The notes: a model not told the origin generated them from the letters alone. A stretch of 64,000 bases of DNA from Hyaloraphidium curvatum SAG 235-1 (GCA_025558095.1 JAIVFI010000001.1:930001-994000), one strand, 5' to 3'. Shown: positions 24,194 to 36,833, numbered from the stretch's first letter. Program-made: numbers and translations.

Positions 24194-25471
24194 ATGAAGC
24201 TCTTTTCTTCTGCCCAGAGGGCTGTGGCGTGGGTCGCACTGCTTTTGCTCGCGGCGGTCTCGCTCCCGGGAGGCCGCGCCCGAGTGGACGCAAATGCTGC
24301 CACCGGGCGGGAGGCAGCCGAGGGCGACGGCCGCACCCGAGACGCCAATGCGCCCAGCGGGTGGGAAGCAGCCCACACAGACGCCAAGCGGCCGCTGGTC
24401 GTGTTCCACGTGGGCCCGCACAAAACCGGCAGCACGGCGACTCAGGATGCGCTCTGCGCATGGCGCGAGCGACTGGCTGCGGATGGCATCCTCATCTTTG
24501 CTCCTGGAGGCCATTGCTACAACAAGGTCGCCGCTTCGACCGCTTTCGAACTGCAGGGCCACCCAAAGGGCAGCGCGCAGGATCTCAAGGCGCTGCTCGA
24601 AGCGGTGGCTAGCCTGCGGGCGGGGGAGACGCTCATCGTTTCCAGCGAAGAGCTGTCCAAAGTTGCAGCCTCCAGCCTAGCTACACTGAGGGAGGCAGCC
24701 AAAGCTGCTGGTGCCGATGTGTCGGTGGTCGCGGTCCACCGGCGGTTCGTAAGCCGCGTCCTGTCATTCTACGCACACTACGCTTCGTACATGACCGAGG
24801 GGTTCCGGGGCGCGTTGCTCAGGGACATTGATCCGGAAGTGCGTCGATGGACTTACCGCCTTATTCTAAACAACTGGCTGGAAGCTTTCCCTGGGGCGCG
24901 CATGACAGTCGTCTCGGTGGACGGCTGCCAGGCTCGCGGAAGGTGCGACGTGGTCTCTGAAGTGATGGCTTCCCATGTCCCGGCGTGGTTGATCAACGAA
25001 AGGTCGTCAGGGAGGGCCAAACGAACGCGCAGCAACGTGAGCCACGTGGGCTCGAATGCCACCTACTCTGCCTTCCTCGAGTGGGCCATGCTACAGAGCA
25101 TGCCGGGCAACGCCACGGCCAAGATCTGGGGCACGCGGCCCGCGCGGCCTTGTGCCGCCCGCAGGGCTCCGGAGCTGCTCCACGGCCGCGTGCCAGTGGT
25201 GTGCCGCTCCCTCGCGGACGAGACTGGTGCAGCGGATGCCGACGATCTGGCCGCGCTGCACGAGATCCACACTAGGATAGGCAATCACTTGCGACTGTTG
25301 CATTTTGCCGTGGACGCCAGGGGTGATCTGTCACTGCCGGAGCCGGCGGACGGTGCAAAGCCCAACTACTGCGAGGTGGACCGGGAGGCGCTGGTGCGCG
25401 AGCCTGCCAATTTCGAGGCCCTGATCGCGACGGCAGCCGCCAGCGTCACTGGAGCATTCTTGACTACCTGA
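24194..25471 (+). CDS. Intronless secreted/membrane-anchored sulfotransferase-like P-loop protein
   Basis: N-terminal hydrophobic signal; HVGPHKTGSTATQ (PAPS-binding-loop-like); LIVSSEELS; VVAVHRRFVSRVLSFY. Confidence 0.65.
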   Translation: MKLFSSAQRAVAWVALLLLAAVSLPGGRARVDANAATGREAAEGDGRTRDANAPSGWEAAHTDAKRPLVVFHVGPHKTGSTATQDALCAWRERLAADGILIFAPGGHCYNKVAASTAFELQGHPKGSAQDLKALLEAVASLRAGETLIVSSEELSKVAASSLATLREAAKAAGADVSVVAVHRRFVSRVLSFYAHYASYMTEGFRGALLRDIDPEVRRWTYRLILNNWLEAFPGARMTVVSVDGCQARGRCDVVSEVMASHVPAWLINERSSGRAKRTRSNVSHVGSNATYSAFLEWAMLQSMPGNATAKIWGTRPARPCAARRAPELLHGRVPVVCRSLADETGAADADDLAALHEIHTRIGNHLRLLHFAVDARGDLSLPEPADGAKPNYCEVDREALVREPANFEALIATAAASVTGAFLTT

Positions 25472-25599
25472 CATTGAGCTGCGTACTCCATCCAGATCCC
25501 CATCCTGGGCCTCGTTGCAGATCCCGGTCGCACGTCGCGGATTGGTAGTCCGGGCGCCCGGGAGCAAACGGACATCTCTATTCATGTGCTCTTGGACCT

Positions 25600-27350
25600 T
25601 CAAGCCGGATACGTCCCCGCGTATCTCATCAGCAATTTCTTGACGCCGGGGAGCGCATCCAGCGCATTGAACCCCGCGGATCGCGCCCACACGGCAGGCG
25701 CGAGCTCCGTCCCGAACACACGAACAAACGAGTCCATGGCCGTCATCATGGCAAAGTTGGGCACGTACCGCGCGGATGCGTACCGCTGCAGCACGAGGGG
25801 ATCGCCGATGTCCGACCCTGTCGACGCCGAGTCGACAATCAGCTCGTAGAGCGCCTGCACGTCCTGCAGGCCCAGATTGAGGCCCTGGCCGGCTAGCGGA
25901 TGGATCGTGTGGGCAGCATCCCTGCGGAACACGAAATGAGAATCAACTCTGACAGCTCAAGTCGTGGATGCGCACCCGATCAGAGCCGCCCGCGACCTCA
26001 CGAGCCTGTCAACGTTGCGCATCTTGAGCGGGAACATGGCCCTCGTCCCCTCCTCAAGGCCAACCACCGCCGGTGGGCGCGGCTGCCGCGTGCCACCCGG
26101 CGCACGGTGCAGGCCCCACTCGATCTCCTGGGCGAGGTCAACGTCCCAGCGCCCAGAGTCCTGGAGGCGCGACATCAGGAACTTGACGTCCGGGAGCGGG
26201 TTCCGGAATGCGGCGTTGAGCATGGTCAAGAACTCTTCAGGGAGGGTCTTGACCATGCGCTGGGCAAACGTGACGGGGGCGGACCAAACGAGGGAGCTAT
26301 AGCCGCGCGCGAGCTACACGGAGGGCAAGGTTAGCCGAATGCCCGGAGCGACATTGCGAAAGCCAGAGAAACATACCGGCAGCAAAGCTACGGGCCCGGT
26401 CGGCAAGAAACGCTGCCATGAGGTCTCATTCGGGTGGTCCTCGTCCACACGAAGCGTGGCCACGATGCCCCGCATCGGGTAGTCCCAGCCAAAGGTTTGT
26501 ATCCCGGCGTACTCTCGCACCTTGGAGTTCTGCCCGTCTGCACCCACTAGCAGTCGTCCCCGGAGCACGTCACCCGTGCTCAGGGCGACCTCGGGCCACG
26601 AAGAACCAGGACCCGCAGCACCACCGACATCGCCCGCGGAGATAGCGGTCACCTGGCACGTGTTGAACACGTCCACCTTCTGGGGTCCGCTGCGCATTGC
26701 CGCCACGAGGCCGGCCTGGACCACGCGGTTCTCGATCATCCAAGACACGGGCGCCCCAGGCTCGCCGTCAAAGTTGATAACGCCGTCTCCCGCAGCGTCC
26801 CAAACCTGGCCGAAGCGCGAGACGCGTAAGTGCTGGCTCAGAAAATGCTGGACACCTAGAGCCCACGGTCATGTGCTGCACAGGCCAGGGCTTCGTCGCG
26901 TCAATGTGGTCCCACGCTCCAATGTCTGAAGGTCCCAGGCAACCACCATCAGCGCCGACCAAGCGCGATCAGCTCTTTCGGTCCACGCACCGCGAAAGAA
27001 CTGCACCGACGAGGGCGTATAGGAGCTAACGCGGTTGGAAAAGCGCGACACAATCGGTTTGTCCAGCTCGCCGAGGTCGCCTGCCTCGATGAGCGCCACG
27101 CGGAGGCCCGGCAGCTTCCGGGAGCGAGCTGGAAGGGCACATAGCCTCAGATTCCGCGGAAAAGGTCCGAGCGGGCCGTCTCCGCACCGAGAGCGCAGGC
27201 AAGAGCCGTCCCGGCCACGCCTCCCCCAACCACCAGGACGTCGTAATGCGCCCGGGCCGCCGAGGCCGAGGCAGCAGACGCGGACGGCTCGGCAGATGCT
27301 GCAACAGAGGCGAATGCCCGCCGAGCGGCGGGAGGCAGGCGAATCCTCAT
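25600..27350 (-). CDS. COQ6: Ubiquinone biosynthesis monooxygenase Coq6
   Basis: YDVLVVGGGVAGTALACAL; FSNRVSSYTP; LLVGADGQNSKVR; WQRFLPTGPVALLP; GDAAHTIHPLAGQGLNLG. Confidence 0.96.
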
Positions 27351-27558
27351 CGCGTCCTGAATGGGCGCTGCCCCGCGGCTGTTTACCGCGCGCACAGCGA
27401 TCGAAACCATCTCAAACCACTTTCGCCTCTCACCCGGCGAGCGGTTGAGAGTGCCTGCTTCGCAATAGATAAGGCCTTCTTTCGGTGCTCCAGTGCGTCG
27501 AGCCGGAAGGAAGCCGCCTTGTGGACGGCGCGGCGCGGTCCGACGGACATTCGACTCG

Positions 27559-28572
27559 ATGCCGGACAGCCAGGGACTCTTCTCCTTCAGGGTCTTTGTC
27601 GGCGGCTCGTCGGCGGGCGCCGGCCGGGAGCTTCCCGAGTACGGCGTCGGGACGAAATCGGAACCCGGGCCGGGGTACAACAGGCACGTGGTCACTGCCT
27701 TCGTGCCCTCGGAGGCCAATCAGCGATTCTACGTGCGGGTGCGGAACGAGGGCTGCGACTTTGAGACGGTGTCGGCCCGCATCTTCATCGACGGACAGCT
27801 GCAGTACAAGGGCATCCTGCGGAAGCCCGGCGACACCCACCACGTCGAGGGGAGGGTCCTGTCGGCCACCGCCGTCGCGCCGTTCCTGTTCTCGCGGCCC
27901 ACCTTCGCAAACGGGGACGATGCAGGCGGAGGGGCCAACTCCGCACCGGAAGCGCCGCTTTCTCTCGCCAAGGAGCTTGTGCCCACGTCCTTGGCGGCGG
28001 AGATTGACGGAGAGGGAGTGTTCTCGGCGAGCTCGATTGGCGAGATCCGCATGGAGCTGTGGAAGGTCTCCGAAAAGCGCACCGAGTACGGGGTGCCTTC
28101 CGTGGTGCTGGGAACGAACGGTTTCGTGGGCAAGGCGGACGGGATCAAGCCCGAGAGCGGCGACGCCGGGCTCAAGGCGGTGTCGCTGAAGGAGGGCGAG
28201 AAGAAGACGGCGCTGCTGAGCCACACGACCACCTTTGGCAAGGCGACGGCGCCCTTGATTCCCGTGCCGCAGAGCCGCGTGCACAGTGCCGATCTGGACA
28301 CGAAGCCCTGGATCGTGCACTCGATCCGTTACCGATCCAAGGATCTCCTCGATGCGGAAGGCCTTACAGAAGTCAAGCCCGTGCTGCCAGTTCCGACGAG
28401 CAGCTCGAGCTCTGGCCGCAAGAGGGCGCCGCAGGACCGGCCGGTGCCTTCTGCGGGTCCAGACACTGCGTCGAAGAGGGTGAAGAACGAGGTCGACACG
28501 GGCGACGACAGCGAGATCGAGGAGATTCCTGTGATCAAGAAGGAGCCGGAGCTCGTCGTGCTTGACGATTAG
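27559..28572 (+). CDS. Intronless hypothetical protein resembling fungal DUF7918-type proteins
   Basis: ELPEY..TAFVPSEANQRFYVRV..RIFIDG..PFLFS..IGEIRMELW..RYRSKDLLDAEGL; codon bias typical of real genes here. Confidence 0.6.
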   Translation: MPDSQGLFSFRVFVGGSSAGAGRELPEYGVGTKSEPGPGYNRHVVTAFVPSEANQRFYVRVRNEGCDFETVSARIFIDGQLQYKGILRKPGDTHHVEGRVLSATAVAPFLFSRPTFANGDDAGGGANSAPEAPLSLAKELVPTSLAAEIDGEGVFSASSIGEIRMELWKVSEKRTEYGVPSVVLGTNGFVGKADGIKPESGDAGLKAVSLKEGEKKTALLSHTTTFGKATAPLIPVPQSRVHSADLDTKPWIVHSIRYRSKDLLDAEGLTEVKPVLPVPTSSSSSGRKRAPQDRPVPSAGPDTASKRVKNEVDTGDDSEIEEIPVIKKEPELVVLDD

Positions 28573-28788
28573 CGAGCCGGCCATTGTTTTCCGATTCGTC
28601 GCAGTGGGAACGACGCTCTTCTATCGCTCACGCCAGGATCGAGGACGAGGACCCGGGGCGTGGCTTTCTTTCACCATTTGATGTACTACTCTGTCAATAA
28701 CATCATAGTTCGACTCGCTCTTCGAAAGCTCGCGCCGGGAAAAGGGGTATTGATCACCCTGACCCGCGGCAGAGCTTTCCAGTTTCAG

Positions 28789-28810
28789 ACGCGAATTCCC
28801 ACGCGAATCG
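28789..28810 (+). promoter_or_regulatory. Tandem ACGCGAA motifs (MCB/SCB-like G1/S elements) upstream of ORC1
   Basis: gACGCGAAttcccACGCGAAtcg lies 40-60 bp before the ORC1 ATG. Confidence 0.35.
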
Positions 28811-28849
28811 GAGGCATCTCTCTACGGGACCGCCGTGCATCGCAAAAAA

Positions 28850-31657
28850 ATGCTCGGCAAAAGGGCCCGGCCCACGGTTCTGAAGAGTCTTCCCGTGAAT
28901 CACGTGGAGCGGCTGCAAAAGGAGCGTGCGTTCCAGTGGGGGGAGACGGCAGCTTCGGAGGACAGCGATGACGAGTCGCGGCACACGCGGTGTGTAGGCG
29001 GCATGCTTTTTGCCCATCATCGCGGGCGAGGACGCGTGCGTCGGCTTACGAGCCGTCCCGGGAACAGGTCCAAGGGCAGGGCGGCGCCGGTGAACCTCAC
29101 GCCCTACAAATCGTGCTTCGTCGACGGCAAGGAGTACAAATGCGGGGAATTTGCGCTCGTGGCAGACGACCGGAAGGAGTCTGTGCTCCAGATCGAGACC
29201 ATGGGTGAAACCGCGGACGGGAGGTGCATTCTCCGGGGCCAGCTGCTAGTCGACGCGGACGACCTACGGGGCGACATGCTCAAAACATGGTTGGACAAGT
29301 GGGGAAGCTTGCTGAAGGAAAAGGTCGGGTGCGAAGAACAAGAAATGTCGGAGCTCCACTCACTAGAGGTAATGAGCTCAGAACGAGAGGTTTTGCCGCG
29401 ACATCGCAAAGATCGACGACCAGCCTGTTTCGGAAATTGTTCGACCTTGCACTGTGCTCGAGCATGGGGAGTTTGTGGAACGTTTCGAGGGCAAGAAGCC
29501 GCCAAACGACTGTTTTTTCCTTCGGCGATGTCTGTTGAAGAGCAGGTCGAACCCTCCGCTGGTCTCCATTGGTTTCAAGCAGTTTCTCCGGGGACCGACG
29601 TGGAGAATCAAGAAGACGGAGGATGAGCTCACTGGAAAAGTACCGTCGGCAACGCCGAAGGCGGTCAAGTCGTCGAAGAAGGTTAGACAGTCACCCCCCC
29701 GGGCCGCACATCACCTGACAAGACTTTGCCGACCAGCGGACACGAGAGGAAGCCGTCGGTGATGACAAGGAAGAGAAGGCCTCGGCAACCGACGAGGACT
29801 ACGTCGCGGGCGAATCGGACGACGGCGAGTCGGACAACTCCGAGTCTGCCACGGACTCTGAGGAGTCCGAAGGGGAGAGCGAATCGTTGTCGGAGGAGGA
29901 GGAAGCGCCGAAACCGAAGCGTGTCATGCGGAAGAAGCGCGTGCGGCAGCTCCCGTCTGGGACGGAGGAGCGCGTTGGCGGATCAGCGCTGGTGACTCCC
30001 AAGAACCGGACAAGGCCTCGAAAGCAGCACACCTCGACAAAGAGCTCCAGGTAGGCACGCATGGGTTGGCGTCCAAGGTCATTCGCTACACGCTTCATTC
30101 GGTTAGGTCTATCGTGATGGAGGCCAGGAACGTTCCACGATCTGCCCCCGCCACTCCGTTCGAGAAAGCCAGGGAGGCGCTCCATGTTGCTGCCGTCCCA
30201 AAGGCTCTGCCTTGCCGGGAGCGGGAGTTTGAAGAGATTGAGTCGTACGTCGAGGAAGCTATCCTGGACGGCTCGGGTTCGTGCATCTGTGAGTGCATTG
30301 GCTGGTGCTTTGGTGAAGTGCAGGCTGACGACCTCCCAGACATATCGGGGGTGCCTGGAAACGGAAAGACAGCGACCGTGACCCGCGTGATCGACTCGCT
30401 CCAGGAAAAGTCCGAACGAGGAGTGGGTGGCAGGCGGCGAGCGAAAAGAATAGTGCTGAAGCCGCCTCCAAACAGGATCTTGACCCGTTCACTTTCGTCG
30501 AGATCAATGGCATGAAGCTCTTGGATCCGTCACAAGCATACGTGATCCTGTGGGAAGCCATTTCAGGCGAACGGCTTTCGGCCAAGCACGCGTCGGAGAT
30601 GCTGGAGCGCAAGTTTAGCCGGTCTTCGGCACAAAGTCGGCCGATGTGAGAGCTGACTTGCCGCAAGCACGCACTTGAGCTGACAAACACCACAGCGTCG
30701 TCATTATGGACGAGCTGGACCTGATGGTGACGCAGAAGCACACCGTCATGTACAACTTTTTTGAATGGCCCACGCGGGAACAGTCGCAACTCATCGTCAT
30801 CGCGATCGCCAACACGATGGACCTGCCCGAGCGCATGCTCAACAACCGCGTGGCTTCCCGGCTAGGTAGGGCAATCTGTGCTCGGCTTCTAGCCTTGGTT
30901 GATGCGCTGACCGGCCATTCCCAGCGATGAAGCGCATCACCTTCCAACCCTACACCGTCCCGCAGCTTAAAACCATCATTCGATCACGCCTTGACGGCGT
31001 TGAGCTCTTCGAAGACTCGGCAATCGAGTTTTGTGCTCGCAAAGTTGCCTCTGTGTCGGGCGATGCCCGGCGGGCCTTGGACATCTGCAGGTATGATTTT
31101 CTTGTCCCGTTCACATCCGGTGCTGAGCGTGGACAGACGAGCTGTCGAGATTGCGGACCTTTCTGCGAGCGGTGATGTGTCCAAGATGAAAAACAAGATC
31201 AACGCGCAAAACCTCATGAGCACCTTCAACGAGATGTATGCTTCGGCCAACGTGACTTTTGTGAAGCATGCGCCGCTTCAGCAGAAGCTCTTTCTGGTTG
31301 CGTTGGCAACGCGGATACGGCGAAGTGGCCTGTACGAGGTGCCTTTCCACGAGGTGGGAGGGAAGTGCGCTGCACACGGCAAAATGCCAATGATCTTGCG
31401 TCGCCTCCCAGGTGGCCGAGGAGCACATACGGCTCTGCCAAATGCACAAGTTCGAGGTCCCCAACGGGTCGCAGCTATCTGCCATATGCGCCAACCTGGG
31501 GACGTCGCGAGCGATCGCTGTCGAGGACATCAGATTGGACCTTTACAGGGCAGTTCGCCTTGTGCTTTCAGAGCAGGACGTGTACCACGCTCTGCAGGAG
31601 GACCCCAAACTGCGTGTCTGCCTTCCGCAGGATCTCCAGGCCGCTTTGAATGGTTGA
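28850..31657 (+). CDS. ORC1: Origin recognition complex subunit 1 (BAH-like, AAA+, winged helix)
   Basis: [21 protein letters not shown]; [13 protein letters not shown]; [16 protein letters not shown]; [10 protein letters not shown]; [12 protein letters not shown]. Confidence 0.94.
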
Positions 31658-31723
31658 TCTGGAGCGGAACAATAGCGAGGAAAGCTCATTGAAATCTCAA
31701 GATTACATAGACGACCCTGGTTT

Positions 31724-34700
31724 CTATTGACTCAATTTGAGGAAGTTGGCCAAGCTCGTCGTGATTGCTGTTAAAAGGTAAGACCGCGTCCTACAGAATC
31801 AACGACGATAGTTCACCTTCGACCTCCGTCGACATGCTCTTCAGGAGCACATCGTTTTTGTCGCGCGCGTCCTGCTTGACCTTCGACATGTAGTCGGGCG
31901 CGTCCATCCTCTCCTTGAGCTGCTCGATCGACTTGAGGGTCTTGATCTTTTTCTCCTCGAGTTTCGCGACCTCAGCCGCAATGTCCACCACTCCCTGATA
32001 CCGAGGCGCTCGAACCATAGTCGGCATGCACAGCGCCAGAATGGGCTCACCTTCACCAGCAAAAGCACGTAGACCTCGTCGTTGATCGGGTACAGTGCAC
32101 AGCCTGCAGGGTCCTGTCCCTTGTGAAGAACCTCAAGCACCTTGATGGGACGCGCCTGTGCGAGGATGGCGTCCTTCTCACTCTCCAGGAGCTTAGCGGT
32201 TTCCGCGGAACTGGCGACGGCGTACACTGCCGACTCGTGGTTGGCCGCCCGCCAGCTACGCTGCGGCAAAGCGTGACACTTACCTGTTGCGCCGGTCTTA
32301 ATGTCGTAGTCCGTTGTCAAGGACCGTGCAGCGCGCACAACCTCCATGATGGTGCTGAACTGCGCCTCTGCAGCTTCATTGTCAAACTCGGGCAGCACCT
32401 GCGGGTACGAGGATCGCATGATGGTTTCAGTCTTGTCACCAGCCCGTCGTGGAGTGCGCTGATAAAGTTCCTCCGTGATGAAGGGCATGAACGGGTGCAG
32501 AAGCCTGAGACCAAAGTCCAGACACGTGTAGAGAGTATTCCGCATCGACTCCTTTCGCTTCAGGTTCTCCGGCGAGTCCTCGGCCGCCAAGACAGGCTTT
32601 TGCACCTCCAAGAAGATGTCACAAAACTCGTGCTGCCAGAACGAGTACAGGGCGTTCGTCAACGCCATGAAGTTCATCACTTCGAAATTGCGGTTGGCTT
32701 CCCGCACGGCGGTGTTCAGTTTGGAGAGGATGTACTTCTCAGCCAGGGACTCATTCCCAGTCAAGGCCGGAGAGGCAGCGGGCACATAGTTATCCCCGAG
32801 CTGCTTCAAGGTGAGCTTCGTAGCGTTCCAAAGCTTGTTGCAGAACTTGCGGTAACCTTCCACGCGCAGGATGTCGAGATTGATGTCCCGACCTGCGCAG
32901 AAAACTCATTAGTCTACGGAGACTTCCAAGGAACGGCAAAACCTTTACCATCGGAAGTGTAGTTGCAGAGGGCAAAGCGGAGAGCATCCGTCCCGCACTC
33001 CGGTATGCCGTTCGGGTAGTCCCGCTTCTGGCCCTCCTTGGCCTTCTCCACTTCCCTCGGGTCGAGGTTGCCTCCGAGCAGGGTTTGGTGCAGAGCTTCC
33101 AAGGAAATGCCCTCGATCACGTCCAGGGGGTCCACTACGTTGCCCAAACTCTTGCTCATTTTCCGGCCATACCGATCGCGCACCATGGCGTGGCAGAACA
33201 CCTTCTTGAACGGCACCTCCCCCGTGAGGCGGATGCCCATCATGACCATGCGTGCCACCCAGAAGAACAGAATGTCCCAGCCAGTCTCAAGCAGCGCGTT
33301 GGGGTAATACAGCTCGAGGTCCTTCGTCTTGTTGGGCCACCCAAAAATGGAGAAGGGCCACAGGCCAGAAGAAAACCAGGTGTCGAGCACGTCAGGATCA
33401 GCCTCGAGCCGAATGTCCTCCTTCGTCGTTCCTGGAAACTTTGCCAAGGCTTTCTCCATCGCCTCCTCTTCCGTCCTTGCTGCAACCCAGAACTTGCCGT
33501 CGGCCGACTGTGGAGTATCGTGAGCATTGAGCGGGTGGGATCGGATGAGCGAGCGCTCACGTCCGACAGCGTGCCCTTGATGTGGACTAGGTAAGCGGGC
33601 ACCGAATGGCCCCACCACAACTGGCGCGATATGCACCAATCCTGAATGTTCTCGAGCCATGCGAACCAGTCCTTTTCTGACGTCTTGGGCACAATCTCCA
33701 GCGTTCCGTTGCGGACCGCCTCGATCGCAGGTTCTGCAAGGGGCTTCGACCGCACCCACCACTGCGGCTTCATGAGGGGCTCCACGACGTTGTTGGAGCG
33801 CCTGTAAGCAGCGTCAGACAAAGGAATGTTGAACGACAGAGGAGAACTCACCCGCAGATCGGCAGCATCATCTTGTTGGCGGTCTTTCCGCGGAACAGGC
33901 CCTTCTTCTCCAGCTCCTTCTCGACGGCTTCGCGTGCGTCGTAACGCATAACGCCTTCGAACGGCGCGGCGTTCTTGTTGAGCGATCCGTCTTCGTTCAG
34001 GATGTTGATGCTGGGCAAGTTGTTCCGCTTCCCGGCTTCAAAGTCGTTGAAATCGTGCGCCGGAGTGATCTTCACGGCGCCCGTTCCGAAATCCTTGTCC
34101 ACCATCGAGTCCGCGATGATCGGCAGCAACCTGTCCTGGAACGGATGCCGCACATTCTTCCCAACGAGGTGCTTGTACCGTTCGTCGTCGGGGTGCACGG
34201 CAACGGCCGTATCTCCCAGCATCGTCTCCAAACGGGTAGTCGCCACAACAATCTCCTCGTCTGCAAGGGAGCCCACTTAGCAGCAGCTGGTTCGTGGGTA
34301 ATGGACGGAACGTACCGCTGCCGTCGACAGGGTAGGCGAAGCTGGCCAGCATGCCGAACTCGTACTTCTTGCTGGGGTCGTGATCGGGGGCCCCACGCAG
34401 CGTGCGGCCTTCGATTTCGACGTTCTCCACCTCCAAGTTCGACAGCGCGGTCTTGAGGGATGTGCACCAGTTCACGAGCCGGTTCTCCCGGTAGATGATG
34501 CCCTCGTCGTGAAGCCGAATGAACGCTTCCTGGACGGCGTTGTAAAGATCCGGATCCATGGTGAACTTGGCGCGGTCCCAATCGAACGAACCGCCTAAGC
34601 GGCGCAGCTGGTTGTAGATACGGTCTCCGTATCTGGGCGAGATGGTGAATGAAGCCTCTCATTCACACCAGCCTTGATCGTGTCACTTACTGATCCTTCC

Positions 34701-35494
34701 ACTTCCAGACTTCGGCGGTGAATGTCGTCCGTCCCAAATCGTGGCGAGACTTCTTCTGCTCCTTCCACAGCTTCTTCTCCACCACGACCTGGGTGGCGAT
34801 GCCAGCGTGATCGCAACCCGGGTTCCACAACACCGTCTTGCCTAACATCCGGTTCCTTTGGACACACAACTTAGCTTCAGTGCGCCTTGTTGGAGGCAAG
34901 CTCCCGGGGCTCACCAGCGGATCATGGCGTCTTGGATGGAGTTCGTCAGCGCGTGGCCCAGATGGAGAGATCCAGTCACGTTCGGAGGTGGGATCGGGAT
35001 CACGTAGGTTCCCTCGGGTTTCGCATTGCCCTCCGGCGTGAGCTCCGGCTTGAAGAAGCCACACTGTTCCCACCAGGGGTACCAGGCGGACTCCACGGCC
35101 TTGGGGCTGTACGAGTTGGCCATCGGCCGGGTCAGGTCTTGGCAAACGGAACTCCAAGTCAGTCCTTTGCCAGTGTAACGCCCAGTGGGAAATCACCCTT
35201 CTTCTCGCCGGGCTTCGTGGTGTCCACATAGGCCTCCTCAGCTTCTGCCCTGCTTTCCTTGACCTTCTTGGTCTTGCCGTCGCCATCGGCACCCTTGACA
35301 GCCTTAGCAGCTTCCGCCGCCTTCCGTGCTGCTTCCTTTGCCTCAAACTTGGCGAGCTTGGCCGCCTTTGCGGCCTCTTTCTCGAGCTCCTTTTTCGATT
35401 TCTCTTTCGGAGCCCCGTCCACAGGCGACGCGTCCTGGGCCTTCCCGTTCGGTACACCTCCCGGCAAGGACGATTCGGGAGCTTCCGAAGACAT
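31724..35494 (-). CDS. VAS1: Valyl-tRNA synthetase, multi-exon
   Basis: [13 protein letters not shown] (HIGH); DHAGIATQ; [11 protein letters not shown]; [12 protein letters not shown]; DVLDTWFSS; KMSKS; C-terminal coiled coil. Confidence 0.98.
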
Positions 35495-35883
35495 GGCGCT
35501 AGCGCGAATCCCTTGGGAGGCTTTGGAAGAGGAGAACCGGAGTCGCGTCACTCCAGTGGGTGCCGCCGCACCCTTTGGTTGGCTCGCCCTCCGAAGGGCG
35601 CGGCTCGAGCGCCACAGGAAACCGCCGTCAATCGGCAGCAAACGCGATGGCCTGGAAACCAGGCACCGCAAGCCCGCGATGGTTGCGAATGCCCGGGGCC
35701 GGATTTGTTTCGCGCTTCACCACCCCCCCGTGCCACGAACACCACGAAGCTAGGTGCTTCAAGCGAGTCCCGACCCAATCGGCTTCAGCAGCAGCAAAAT
35801 GATCATCTGCAAGACACATACAACGTCATACAATGAATCGGATCATTTCAGCAAGAACCCCCTTTCCCACCCCTCCGAGCCAA

Positions 35884-36718
35884 TCACCCTGCATCTTCGG
35901 TTTTCGGGGTGGTAGAGCTCAGACGACCCTCGGCTGCAAGCTGGAAGACAAGATCGGCTGTCGGCAGAGTGTCCCCGCGCAAGGCCTGCTTGGCCAGCTG
36001 CTGGATCTGCGCAAGCCTCGCGGGGGTCTGCTTCGGCCGCCCGCGCTCGTCCACTTCCTCGTCCTCCGAATCGTCAAAGAGCGGCGTTTCGTCCTCTTCC
36101 CCGAGCGCCTCCCTGAACTCTAGGATTCGGCCCTGCACTTCCCTTCGCGTTTTCTTCAAGGACTCGATGTACTCGTGCGCTTCGCGCGGGGAAACTCAGC
36201 GCAAGTGAGCCAGGCAGCGTCCGGAAACACCCACATTTCTGCAGGATGAGAGCCTCGCTCTTGATCGTCAGTCCTTTCCCGAGCCCGGCCTTCAGCTCCG
36301 GCACCATGTCCACGAGCTGCTCGAAACCGACGCGAATGTTTTGGCGGCGCTTCTTCTCGCTCTCGATGTGGTTCTGCCGCTTCTGATCCTCTGTCAGGAG
36401 CTCGCGGCCCGCGCTCTGGCCGCCTTCGGAGACGGAGCCCTCCCCGGCGTTGGATGCCGTGCTGTGGTTGCCGCCGTTGGCGCTGTTCACGGAACGCCGC
36501 CGCTTCGAAGCGGGCGCGTCCGACGGGCCCTTCAGCGGAACGAATTCGTCCTTATCGGGCTCCTCCTCCTTTGGCTGGCGCGTCCTCTTCCGAGTCCTCT
36601 GCGGACCTGCACTATCGGCAGGCTCCGGCGGCGGCGCAGCCTCGCTCTTCCGAGGCCGTCCTCGTCGGCGAGGACTGGGTTCCTCGGGAGCGTCGTCAGT
36701 GGAAACGATGACCTGCAT
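35884..36718 (-). CDS. bHLH transcription factor (Ino4/Mlx-like) with AT-hook, 2 exons
   Basis: RRRGRPRK; LLTEDQKRQNHIESEKKRRQNIRVGFEQLVDMVP..KSEALILQK-SHEYI. Confidence 0.85.
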
Positions 36719-36833
36719 CGTGGTGGTTGCGCGGGGAGTTTGCGGCGGTGCAAGCGCGGATTTTCCCTTCCGCTTGCATGTGCTTTTGCCAGCTGACCAT
36801 GTTCAAGCACGTCCGATCAGAGGTACACCACAA

